NCBI GenBank assembly: GCA_051362555.1
Contig: CM120640.1
Span: 19,282,001 to 19,346,000, forward strand
Source of the DNA: Lingula anatina
Lineage: Eukaryota; Animalia; Brachiopoda
Reading direction: 5' to 3'
Length of the DNA: 64,000 bases
The first letter of the stretch is position 1. Each line of letters opens with the position of its first letter. This document shows, one piece after another, positions 37,981 to 50,062 of this stretch. The translations under genes and the position numbers were made by a program. The notes under the pieces are model-generated. The model did not search any database. It was not told the origin of the DNA and saw only the letters and a program-made list of their open reading frames with translations.

Positions 37981-39155
37981 ATGTATACCAGTATGATGCT
38001 ATCCTAGAGCAGCAGTCAAGTACAGTACAAATGTTGTTTTGGTCAGGGTTTGTGGAAAGATAAAGAAAAAGAGAGATGCTATTTACTATGGCAACTAGTA
38101 TTACATATTCATGTAAGACCCTGCTAAAAATGTTTAATGTAATATTTAATGTAAAAGCTTCAATTAACCAAGTACAGGTACAGTTGTATATGCATGTACG
38201 GTTGCATGGTTCACCAGGTTCACAAGCAAAAACTTGCCTTGTGCAATGTACCATATCGTAATGAGTTATATTGTAGTATAACATACAGTATAATTGTGTT
38301 GTGTGTTGTACAGAATTGTAACACGTTGTATATTGTACCCGGTATTTGCTTGAGAGAGAGAGAGAGAGAGAGAATATTTAAACTAAGGTACAATTCAAAT
38401 ATAGATATACGTACCCAGCAGTAACTAACGGTGAAATGGCATAATCCGGTTACCACGCACTATTGCAGTGTGAGGTGGCAGGTAATTTAAAAGCTTTTAT
38501 ATTGAAGTACCGCACGGCCAAATCTTAGAGTGATTTGTTTACAGAGAGTTCTTTTACAGTTGGAGGCGTGATTGTTACTCGCACCGCACACGAAAAATCA
38601 GGCAAATAGGCAGCAAAAAGTTTCATGCGTTACACTTCTCTGATTTATACAATTTCTGATATACTTGTATGTATATGTAATTAAGTTAACTTGACTGTTT
38701 CGCTTTACATCTACTTTCTGCACTGTAGATACATTTATTTGACCATTACACAAAGTGATATTCAATGTGCAGTATTTTAATCGCGTTTTATGATCTGAGA
38801 TCATATTTGTACGGGCTGTACGTAGCCCAGAAAACAATTAAGCTCACCACTTTTTATAACGGAAAGTGTTTTTCAAAAACGTGGTATGGATCACTATGAC
38901 ATTTAATTTTTATTTAGTTATTATTTTTTATATCTCCTTCATTTTTTGCCACACTCTAATGTGAGGTTTTGATTTTACTGTAACTAAATGACCATGGTAA
39001 TCAAAATTATGGTAATATGAATGATTAGAGTACTAGTGATAAAACTATATGGCATGATCAAGACTTTTGGTAATAAGTAAAGCACATTTTGTGGGGCTGT
39101 ATAAAGGTCACTTTTTGTTTTGCTTACATAATGTACATTGTAGGCCCAATTAACT

Positions 39156-40046
39156 TTAAGGCTGCAACAATTTAAGCAATTTCATCTTTTTCTGAATCTT
39201 TTTAAGCTCAGTAGGATCTTGCCTTTCTGACAACCAGTTTTTACTTCTTCCTCGTAATCTTACAGACATCTGAGCCACTTTGCGAAGTCCTTCCAAGTCA
39301 GGACGTAAGGCAAAGGATGTCCAAGTCTCCAGAAGTTGTTCATATGGATTGAATTCACGAAAGCATTTCATTTTGTCAGGACCTACACTATCAGAGGGAT
39401 CACTGTTTTTGTTCCCTGAAGATTTATCAATTATGCCATTAGAAGATCCATCATTTGTCCTGTCCCAGGAGTTAATAACTGTCTTTTCTTCCTGTGTGTC
39501 AGTCTTTCTTATTCCAGTTTGCTCTCTCCACATGGCCAAAATGTCCTCCCTTGTTCTTTGGGACATTTGCAAACGGACAATATTAGGGCACACTGAATGA
39601 GAACGGTTAATAGAAAGAAAGTTTTTCTCTACACTTTTCCCTTGTCTACCGATGCTATCATGAGAGTGTAATGGTGGTAAAGACTCCTGTGATGATTTTG
39701 ATCTGCTGAACATTGTCCTTGGTCTAGATCCAATTTCATCTGATGAATTATGGGGAGCATCTCTATATAACTGACCGAATTTTTTGTCAGTAGATGGTAC
39801 TAAACTGGCACTCTGACTCCTGTCATGAACACTTTTTCTGTTTTCAATACTCAGCTGGTCTCTTTCTAATATGTGAAGAAGTGTTCTTTTCTCATAGTCA
39901 AGTCTTTTCACCTCCTGATTACACTCGTTTTTTAATCGTTCATGTTTAGAAAATAAAGGCTTGTTTTTGATTGGGGAATGCATCACTTCGAACAATACAT
40001 GTTTGTCCTGGACGGATGCTGATTGCTTGTAGCGCAGTCTCTGCAT
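39156..40046 (-). CDS. Uncharacterised 296-aa protein (N-terminal coiled coil, disordered middle, basic C-terminus)
   Basis: 891-nt ORF in AT-rich DNA. ATG lies 15 nt after acceptor cttttactcattccag (40062). Upstream donor consensus sites at ~40775 (GAAG|GTAAG) and ~41559 (CAAG|GTGAGT) suggest 5' UTR exons. Confidence 0.75.
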   Translation of the reverse strand: MQRLRYKQSASVQDKHVLFEVMHSPIKNKPLFSKHERLKNECNQEVKRLDYEKRTLLHILERDQLSIENRKSVHDRSQSASLVPSTDKKFGQLYRDAPHNSSDEIGSRPRTMFSRSKSSQESLPPLHSHDSIGRQGKSVEKNFLSINRSHSVCPNIVRLQMSQRTREDILAMWREQTGIRKTDTQEEKTVINSWDRTNDGSSNGIIDKSSGNKNSDPSDSVGPDKMKCFREFNPYEQLLETWTSFALRPDLEGLRKVAQMSVRLRGRSKNWLSERQDPTELKKIQKKMKLLKLLQP

Positions 40047-43000
40047 TTTCAACAAATATGTCTGGAATGAGTAAAAGTGTTTATGTATGATTAGAAGTGG
40101 TGTTTTGCCAATACTGAAGTGCTAAAAAATAGAATATGCACAAATGCAGCCCTTTTGACAGTGGTAATTTCTTTTAGTAAATCATTTCAGCTTGTTTTTC
40201 AAAATATGCAATTCTAATAGGCTTGAATGGATAAAAATCTGATGTTGAAAGAACCACAGGTATTTTTTATGCCTTCATCTAAAGTGATTCAACTAATTTT
40301 TCTAATTTGGCAGAATTCACTGGTAAAAAAAAAAAAAAAAAAAAATTGCCACATTTAGGGTTCAATGTAAATAAATTGCACTGTGATACACATAACACAT
40401 TAAAAAAAACAAAAACAAAAAAAAAAAACAACCAATGTAGTTCTATGCATCAAGTGCAAATAAACTAAAATCACTACTGAACTTAAGATTTCCAGCTTGA
40501 GATTCTTTGTTAAACTTGGGCTTATTTTCACTACATTTCTTGAAATATTTCTATCCAGTTCCTTGTTACTGCCCGAAATGATTAAATCAAAGTCAAATAA
40601 ATTACTGATGAACACAATTATAAATTATCACCTACCATTTTCTTTCAGAGTTGTGAATCTAAAGAGCATTTGGTTTTTTTTTAAACAACTGCCCTTTTTT
40701 CTTTACATATACTACAGACACTCACTAGAAGCATCAAACAAGTCTTGGAGGGAATGGAGAAGAATAGACCTTACCTTCCTCAGACAGTTTCAATACTCTG
40801 TTCGGGGAATTTTTTCCTCTTATCCTCTGTCATTATCAACCTTTGTGTAATTCACTTTATCATGTAACAAATACTTCACAACCTTAGGAGTGGTCACATT
40901 TGAAACTGATGCCAGTTAATGAGACTATATGGACCAGTGCAATGTTTGGTGACCACACAGTTCCATTCAGGATTAACATGAATTAACCTGCTAGCCATTC
41001 ACGATTGTAACAACAACTTCACAATACTGTCTCAACAAATGTGGGGGAATACAGAGGCCAATCTAAAGAAACACTTTTAGTCCATAAACAGAGATTGTTT
41101 ATATTGCACCTCCAATAAAAATAAATCAGTACACCTGTTAGTAACTATAGAATAAGTCCTAGAAAAATATTTGCAGCTAATTTAATTTGATGGTTCAATA
41201 GGAGAAAAAATGTTCCACAAGTTCTGTGATAACAGTTTTAGATGCCTGGTTGCTATACATATGCTCAAGAAATAAAAACAGAAAAACACCTTTTCTACAA
41301 AATGCCGTTTTCAAAACAACTTGAGTGTAATACCTATGTTGAAACCATGCTAAATTCTTTCATAGTGTCTTAAATAAATAGAATACAATATAACTATACT
41401 AACAGTTTAGTGATTTTTACAGGCCATTTACTGCTTTATTCAGTTTTAATATGTGCCATATTGTGCACAAAGAGGGATACTCTTAGGAACTTGAATCAAA
41501 TTTTGATAACACTTAATTGAGGCAGTAAACAAGATGGCCAATCCAACTTTACACTCACCTTGCCTGTCGAAGTAACATATATCTATTTTTACATCTATTA
41601 AATTGTTATTGAATAAGCTAAATTTTGAATGTTTATTCAGGCATTTACAATGTATCACATTAAATAAGTCAATAAGTACCAATCCCAAGTTTTACATCAA
41701 TAAAATAGAAAAAGAAAATACTTAAAACACTTATTTTATCAGATATACATTACAAAATTATTTTTTATTTCAATGAGTTATTGCTTGGGCCATGAGTATC
41801 ATTATTATTTCAAGACATTTTTTAAAAGAATTAATATTATGTCAAACATGACCATAGCTTTAAATGTTTCCATCAATAACACAGAAAGGTGCTAAATTTA
41901 AATTATCAAAACAAAACTTTTAGAGTATCAACAGTATCAAAGTGTTAATTATGAATTAACATAAGCGATATGTGAAAAAAACCCTAACAATTACTAACAT
42001 CATACAACTTCACATTTAAGCTTGAAATGTTAAAAACCACAATAGCTATGACCTATCAAATAGTCAAACTGCCTCAGTGTCAATTCCTAGTTTCAATCAG
42101 TCTGATAAAAATACTTAACAAAAGTAAACATTTGATGCTAAGCAACAGCACTTTCAAACTAGATACATGTACGTATACAAACTGTTTTAACAATTTTTCA
42201 TAAGACTATCATACAAATCAATTAAACAATATAACTATTAAAACATGTTATAACAACCACACTTGAAGTTAAACCAATATCCACTGAAAAAAATAATAAT
42301 TTAAAGAGAAAACTGTTGTTGTCTGTCAGACAGCATGCAATTGCACTAATGCCACTGGGGTTCCTAAAACGTAAATAGAACCACCCTTTTATGAAAATTA
42401 AATCTTTCCAGTGTATCTTATACCAAGTTTAAGAACACACAACGTTTAACACTATTGCACAGTTAGTGTTGACTTTTTCAAAAAGAAGTCAAATATTGCT
42501 AGTTGAAGGAAGGTGTTATCTAGAGTGCTTTATGTACACTGCATCAAAATCACACACTCAGCACAGGATGCTACATGTACATGTACCAACATAACCATAA
42601 CGTTACCATATGATAATGCTGGTAAATATCAGACTAAAAAGGAAATTGAACTTTCAACAAATGTGTAAAATGAGCACATGTGTGTACACATCACATAGAA
42701 ATTCAGAGAGCCTAGAAAAAGATGAGGTAAATTGTTTGCTAGTTGAGGTTTTCTCTCACAGTTTTAACAATGTCATTGTTTCACATTCACGTGTATGTAT
42801 GTGCCCCTGCACACACGTAGTTAGCCATTTCCAAACTCCTCCTCCCAAAGAATAATTTAAATTTAAAAATGACAAAGTGAAAAATAGAGGTACTTGAACT
42901 ATGGATCAGTCCTTGAAACCTGCACAGATTAGTCATAAAAACTGAGGCAGATTAATAATTATTGAAAGACTCCTTTGTGGTTTATGGAATGCTCAAAATA

Positions 43001-43293
43001 TATAAATGCATGTGTGTCATATGGCCATCAAAATCTCCAAATAAACTGATGTATGGCTATTACATGTCAAATGTAAAAAATATGAATTTTGATCATTTTG
43101 AAAAATAATTTCCCCAAAACAAATTTTAGTAATACGTAAAATATTCACTTTAACAGCTTTGAAAGATTTGTAGGCTTAATTTTGGAAAGTTTTGGTGAGT
43201 AACTGAAAATGGGAAATCTTGCAAATGTCAGATATTGGAAATCAGGAATTTGAAAAACATTTGGTTGACATATGTACTCTAGCTACTACTCAT

Positions 43294-44858
43294 TCAATGC
43301 TTCAAACTGGCATTGGTCATCCACAAAAGTACAGCAGTATAGTAATTAACAGGATTCCTGCACATGCTCTTGCTGCTCCAGGATAATTTTTTAGTATTGC
43401 ATATCTGAACTAAGTTTACTTCCTTGACATGAAAAAACGAGTATCCTCCGAAACAGAAAATGCTCTGGTCCAGTGCCACAGCTGCGGTACAACTCAGTTT
43501 CTGGTGAATCCAGGAAATACTTGTCCACTGATCTGTCAATGGGTCATAAACCTCACACTGAAATATAAATGCAAAATGTCTAAATGTAGGTTTCTTTGTG
43601 AAACACACTGTTGAAAACACACTTTGTTGACTATTAAATGCATAATTATATTTATGAGTGCCATATTTATTATGAGTGCCATATATGCAGGAGGTTGCTA
43701 TATACTCTTCATGGTTGGACACATTCATAAAGACCTACATGTACATGTAGGACCAGTTTCACAAAAGAATTTTAGCCTAAAAATTGGTCTTGATTTTAAA
43801 ATAATTTTACTCTAATACACAGTTTTAAGTATAAGAAAATGATGCCACGGGCAATCCAAACATTTTTATGCTAAGGAAGACTGTATACATATTAAACTGT
43901 ATATAATAGAATCCACAACATGAACTGAAATGGGGTTCATATCTAGTAAATACTTCAGAGTACCAGTCTACAATACATTCAGTGTACTAATACATGACAT
44001 TTTAACAGATCTAATCAGAGCCAAAAATATTAGAATATTAGTAATTTTTATTTCTTGTTTATTTATCAGACTATAAAGGGCAAATTTACAAACTTAATAA
44101 CCCCACTTAGTAACTTATTGGGGATGCCTGTGCTGGAACACAGTGCTGATGAAGATTTACTCTGATAATCACATTAATTATATATTACTATGCTAAGCTA
44201 GACATAGTGAGATTCTCATTCTGAAACTTTGTAGTAATGGAGAAACAAACTGTATGAGAATTAACACCGTATACGTTTACGTATTACTAAATCACCCTGA
44301 TTTTCAAAAATCAATTATTTAGAACTCAAAAATAGGTTCAGGGATCTTGATTTTCTCAGTGATTTTAGCCTGGCTATTCATTGGATTTTAAGAAAAGTAT
44401 TTAAATTTCTAGGGAATTTTTCTGCAATATAGAAAAAGTTTGGCAAAGTTGGGACTAATTTTTGGGGTAATCTGGGATGGAGGAGTCATAAATAGGCTCT
44501 CATCCATTGTGAGCCTTATAATGAAAAATATAGACTGTGCCCACACATACCCCTAAATCTTCCAAATTATCATCCTCTGGTGTCCTTGGCCCACATCTTC
44601 TACACCCACCAAGCACATAGATCTTGTCTTCCACTGCTAGCATGCTGTGGTAAGACCTTTCCTTTATCATAGGTGCTTTTGATGTCCACTCATTGTCTTC
44701 AGGTTTATAGCAGAGGGTGGTGTTCTTGTAGCCAAAACCTCCAGACACGTAGAGATGACCCTTGTAATCACAAGCTGAGAGAGGGAAAATGGCTTTAAAA
44801 GATTTTCATTAAAAATGGATTGAGAGGCTGTCACCTCTGAAAGATTAATTCATAGTAT

Positions 44859-44913
<55 letters not shown>

Positions 44914-46674
44914 TTGTTTCATATACACATGCAGACATGATTTGTAGTCAACTATATATATATATATATATACCTGCATATTCAATGTATGCTGGTAAAT
45001 TCAGGTAATGAAATCTTACTTTCTTGCCAATTGACAGGGTGATATGCACATATCCTCTTACTGTGTACCAAATATTTAAATATCAGTTTGCAAACATATG
45101 TACAGGTCACACAGGTTTTATACTTATTCACAAAATTAATTTTAAAAATATAACATTTTTTATTTCCTACCAGCATGCTCATGCACCCCGACCTCAAGGG
45201 GTGCTGCCTGTTGCCAGTTGTCTTCAAGGGGAGAGTAGCACTCCACAGTTTTCAGTTCCACATGGACACTGTTAGAGCCACCCACAGCATACAGCTTGCC
45301 AGCCACTGCAGTCAGGGTGAACAGACATCTCTCTGTCTGCATTGGGGAACACTAAAAGAAATTGTGGGGATAAAAACTTAGCTTATTCCATTTGCTGAAA
45401 CATGTATTTTAACTGACATTTTTTCAGTTTTCTATGAAAATGCTCCTCCGAAGAACATACTCTTAACTTCTCACCAACAACAGAGACACGACATGTATGT
45501 AAATCCTCTGTAACTATTCATTCAGGTTTTGATGAATATAATTGAAACTTGAACAAAAACTTTATACTGACATTAAAAAACTCAATGTAGCATTAGCTAC
45601 TTTATACACGCCAATGTTAAATCTTTTACAAGTTATAAACAACTTTACCTCGGTCCAAGTGCAGAACCTTGGATCAAATCTGTACATGTGGGCATGAGCA
45701 TACTTTCCATCCGTGCTGTAGTTACTCTGTCCCCCAGCCACATACAGCACATTGTCAAGCACACATGCACTGTGCTCATAGAAACACTGGGGTGCTCTAT
45801 ACTGAGGATAATTCTTAAAGAAAGTATAGCTTCTCGTCTCAAGATAGTCTCCAGTAATGTGTTCAACAAAAGCACATTTCACTTTGTCTGAAGCTTGCCA
45901 GCTACGTGTCATTCCCCCTACTGTCATTATGACAGGTTCACAGTTTCGTAATTGAACCTTCAGTTTATGGACCAATCTTGGATTCTCATGATAATCCAGT
46001 GCATCCTGAATAATTTTTTTACATTCTACATTTCTGCGAATGAATGATAAAGGCTGTATATCAGATATGATATCCTTTTCTGCTATTAGTGGAAGCCGTA
46101 TACATTTCATGAGTTGGACGTAATGGTTTTTGGTGTGTTCTGAGTTTCCTCTCATCCATCTCAAAGCAATTCTAAATAAGTCCAGTTCTGTGTCAACTTC
46201 AACGTAATCACTCCGTAGTATGGCTTCAATCTGGCCCCACTCAAAATTCAAGAATTCTGGCTGCCTTGAGACTTCTTTTAAATGTCTGCACAAATATTCA
46301 TTTGTTGCATCTTTGAGAGCACTACTCGAGTATCTGAAACCCAAGTTAGAGGAATCAAAGACAGTTTCCATTGACAGATTCTCAATGATGAAGGTCTCAA
46401 GAAGATTGATCAATGTTGGAATTTGGAGGTAACTTGCAGCATCATATAGGACATCAATGTTCTCTTTTGTGATATTAATACTCCCATTTGAGAGAAACTT
46501 CATTACACTGAACATGGTGTCTGAATCCACCATTCTTAATTTGATAGTTCCCTGAAGACTTTCTTGCATCCCACTATGGAATAATGCCTGGAAGTATAAG
46601 CTTTCAGACATCAGCAGTGCTTTTGTTGCTGAAATTGCTTTGCCATCTGATGTCACCACTGTTACTTCATCCAT
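43294..46674 (-). CDS. Kelch-like protein (BTB-BACK-Kelch), ~564 aa
   Basis: Exons 46674-45649, 45351-45171, 44774-44551 and 43557-43294, all phase-compatible. BTB (SLYFQALFHSGMQES, AASYLQI), BACK (ELDLFRIALRW, IRLPLI) and kelch repeats with GG-Y-W motifs (LYVAGG, LYAVGG, LYVSGG, IYVLGG, IFCFGG). Confidence 0.93.
44863..44910. repeat. (GT)n microsatellite
   Basis: Read directly from the sequence. Confidence 0.95.
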
Positions 46675-47111
46675 ATTGCATTTTGCTTAAGGCTGATGGG
46701 CTACATATACTGGTACATGTATGTTTTCATGCCCTGCAATTAAAGAAAAACAATTTTAAGAAGCTATTAAAACAGGTCACATAATTAACAAACATAAATC
46801 TTAAAAGAATGACACAACCCCATTTTTCACAATGTGTCTATATAATTACTGCATATGATATATATTGTACATTAAAAAATTCAACAGCATGAAGATCAAC
46901 AAGAGATCCTTAGCTGTAGTCTAAATATGCCCTAAATCACTTGTGCCGGTCACATTGCAGATTCTGGTTGCCTCACTCTAAGGCCTTACACTGAGGCAAA
47001 ACTCACAATGACATCTAGACAAACAACGCCTACTCGATCGTACTCAGTACATGTATACCCAAGTTTTTATTTCTCTATCCATGCGGTAGCACACCTTTTC
47101 AGTGTCTATTC

Positions 47112-47115
<4 letters not shown>

Positions 47116-47147
<32 letters not shown>
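47116..47147. repeat. (GT)n microsatellite
   Basis: Read directly from the sequence. Confidence 0.95.
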
Positions 47148-47150
<3 letters not shown>

Positions 47151-47399
47151 ACGTGCTTGCCTCAGAGTCAAGTAGGTGAACACATTCCTTTCATCTTTGG
47201 GAATTTGTGACAAAGCAATGTATGACATGCCATAGAATTTCGCCCCACTGACTGAGTCTAAGGTCAACCTTCAAAAAGAGAACGCACTTAAAGCATTTGG
47301 GACATGAAAAAAAAGCTAAATCATGCTACACCACTAAAAAAAGACAGTTTAAAAAAGAAAGATAACTACATACCACCATTATTTACTCTTCTCAATCTA

Positions 47400-47865
47400 C
47401 ATGTACTTGCATGAAAGGTCGTCTAGACATCTACCAGACACCGTGCCTAACGTCATGTTTACCAAATAGGCAAAGTTACAAATTGGTTTCTCGAAAAGTT
47501 TCGAAAATTATCAAACAGTTACATGTCGTAACTTTTGAATCATTTTAAAATATTGAAAAGGTAATATATCAAAAATGTACTGCAGACGGCTTCTTGAATG
47601 TTACTTTATCTGCTAACCGTTGAGTTAGTGCATAATCTTGTTGTAACATTGGACTTGCGTCTTTTCACGAGATATCACGAGACACGCCTGAAGTACACAG
47701 ATTTCTATTGGTCGAAAATAAGGGAAGCCCAAACGATTGACTTATCAAAAGACGTCTAACATTAGGTTACAAGGGCGTAAAATTTAAAACACCGGGAAGT
47801 TGATTTTGTGTCAAAACATCCAGCAAAATTTGGTCATAAGGTAAAAGTCAAAGGGTTAAAGTAAG
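47400..47865. promoter_or_regulatory. Putative bidirectional promoter between the kelch gene and RHNO1
   Basis: CpG-enriched gap between divergent genes. Inverted CCAAT boxes (ATTGG at ~47482, 47648, 47707), TCACGAGA direct repeat (47665-47681), CDE/CHR-like GGCGT-aaaa-TTTAAA (47774-47788) and CGGGAAGT (47793). Donor-like sites at ~47840 and ~47860. Confidence 0.5.
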
Positions 47866-48206
47866 GCTGATGTGTTGTCTTAATTGTTAATAAGCATTCT
47901 ACTAACTTTTTTTGAGTCTCAATGTTTGAGTGTTCAAACTTTATTCTCTTGGATTTGAAATTTGTGCACTGCCAAGATAGTTTCTTCTTATGTATCATGT
48001 GAGTTAGCATGCGACCTGTGGGTTTTGCCTTTGCTTCACTTTTCGGTCTTACAGTATACATTACGATAGTCTTTTCACAATCAAATGAATCAATCAAATG
48101 TTTATTTAGTCTGTTGTTGAAGTAAAAGGTTATTGTGCATTTGTTGGTGTAGATTTATTGTTTTAAGAAAAAACAAGCTTCAAAAAATCAATTTCCTCTT
48201 TGTAGA

Positions 48207-49410
48207 ATGCCAGGACGCAGGACAAGAAAGAAATCAGTTGATCACAGAAAACCACCATTGCTCTTTGAGGAAAGTCCAGTTAGCATACTGCGTAATGTTC
48301 CCTCCCCAGTGTATGCAAGTGATCATCCACCTACTGCTAAGACCATACCAGCAGATGAAGTAAACCCTGTATGGGTATGAATTGTTTTAGTTTTCCTTTT
48401 ACCAATCACATCAGTAATTGATATACATTGATAAATGGAAATCAATAATCATAGCAAAATTTTTTATGTCTTAATATTTTATGCCAGCAATCGACCAGTT
48501 GAATTGAGCCGAGATTTAATAATTGTGCCCCTGCAGGGACACGCATGGGGAGGCGTGGGGGAGGCAAAGAGACCATTACAGGATTAAGCAGTCTTCCTTT
48601 CATATATTTAGGTCGTGGCCTAGCTAGCGCTTGGCTATTCTCATTCTGAATGGCCTCTTTATTATCAAACAAATAACTTTTATAATAGTGCTTCTGATAC
48701 AATTTTTTGGTAAAATAATGATTGTAAATATTTCACTCTTCAAGGTCTCTCCACAATTCCCTGCCAGATTAGCAGCACAAGGTAATGGTGAAAGAAGATC
48801 TAGACACAGATCTGGACAAAGAAGAAGCACAAGGCTAAGAAGTAGACAAAATTCGGGTAGCTCTTTAAATATATCTCATAGGAGTCTCCCAAAAGGAATG
48901 ATACCACTACAATTTGTTGGGGATAAACCACTGCAAGTTCCTTCTCCTGTGGAGGATGTATCTATAAGTGATGTGGAAGATGCCTGCAATGAAAGTGATA
49001 AAATGCAATTAAAAATTGCCAAAAGCTCAGTGAAACATTTATGCAATACCTCAAAAAGTGAAGATCAAAGTGAGCTTGTATCACCAGTATTTAGGAGATC
49101 AAATAATTATAACCCCCCAAGACTTCGCTTGATTAAAAGGTTATCCCATTCATGTGACACCAGACTGTCAAATACTTTAAATCACAGTCCAGTATTAAGA
49201 CGATCTACAAGATTAAAAGAAAAGTTGATGAGGGAAATTATGACAAGTTCTCCTCTTTCATCACAAAGTACATCTAAGGTGTTGGCATATGACACTCCTG
49301 AGGAGGAATATGGTTTAACATTTAGACAAAGACGACGGTTATTTATTAAAAGAATGAAAAGAATCAGAACAGAAATTATCAGCGACTCCAGTGGGACTGA
49401 AGCAGTATGA
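48207..49410 (+). CDS. RHNO1: RAD9-HUS1-RAD1-interacting nuclear orphan 1 (RHINO), 277 aa
   Basis: Exons 48207-48374 and 48745-49410. Translation MPGRRTRKK..KPPLLFEESP..W|VSPQF joins the conserved WVSPxF motif across the splice. C-terminal VLAYDTPEEEYGLTFRQRRR matches the recalled RHNO1 motif VLVxDTPExxYG...RRR. AATAAA at 49561. Confidence 0.9.
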
Positions 49411-50062
49411 AATTGTTTGTCTGGAGGTCAAACAAGTGCACAACAAATCATGTGAAGATTGTTGCAATTCATTTAAGACGAGTATTTTCACGTGTTTGTG
49501 AACCCATCAATGTTGAAACTGCACTAATCAGCATTTAAATATATGACATGAAGAGCCTTCAATAAATTGTTTAATTCTTTATTGCACAATATTTTTACAA
49601 CAAAGTACAGTAAAAATGTTATGCTGCTATTTACAAAAACATTGTACAATGTACAGCACAATTTCAAAAAGGCTACAATTCTCAATTAGCTACAATACAA
49701 TGAGACAAATTTCTATTTGTTGGAACATTTTTCAAAATCATAAATAATTATCCTTTTTTTTTTTAAGAAACACCAGATTAATTCACATGCCCAAAAGATG
49801 TTTTTAAAATTAATTTTTAAAAATTGTCATAAAAGTCATATTTTAAAATCTTTATCCTTTTCTTTGGATTTCTGAATGACATAAAGAACGTTAAAGAATT
49901 CTTAAAAACTTCAGATTTTGAACAGAGCACCTTGTAACTTATGCATCTGTGTGGCATGCTGCCAAATGATATGTAAAGTGAGATGTTGCCATAATCAAAC
50001 AATGCTGATAAGCCAAGTAAAACTTGACTGGATAACACGGAATTGATGACATAATCCCACTG

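Noticed and set aside
44146-44180. CTGATGA motif in a kelch intron
   Set aside because: No stem II or GAAA partner, so it is not a hammerhead.
48631-48744. Hydrophobic N-terminus of the 259-aa ORF
   Set aside because: Intronic. The real exon starts at 48745 and splices to 48374 to form WVSPQF.
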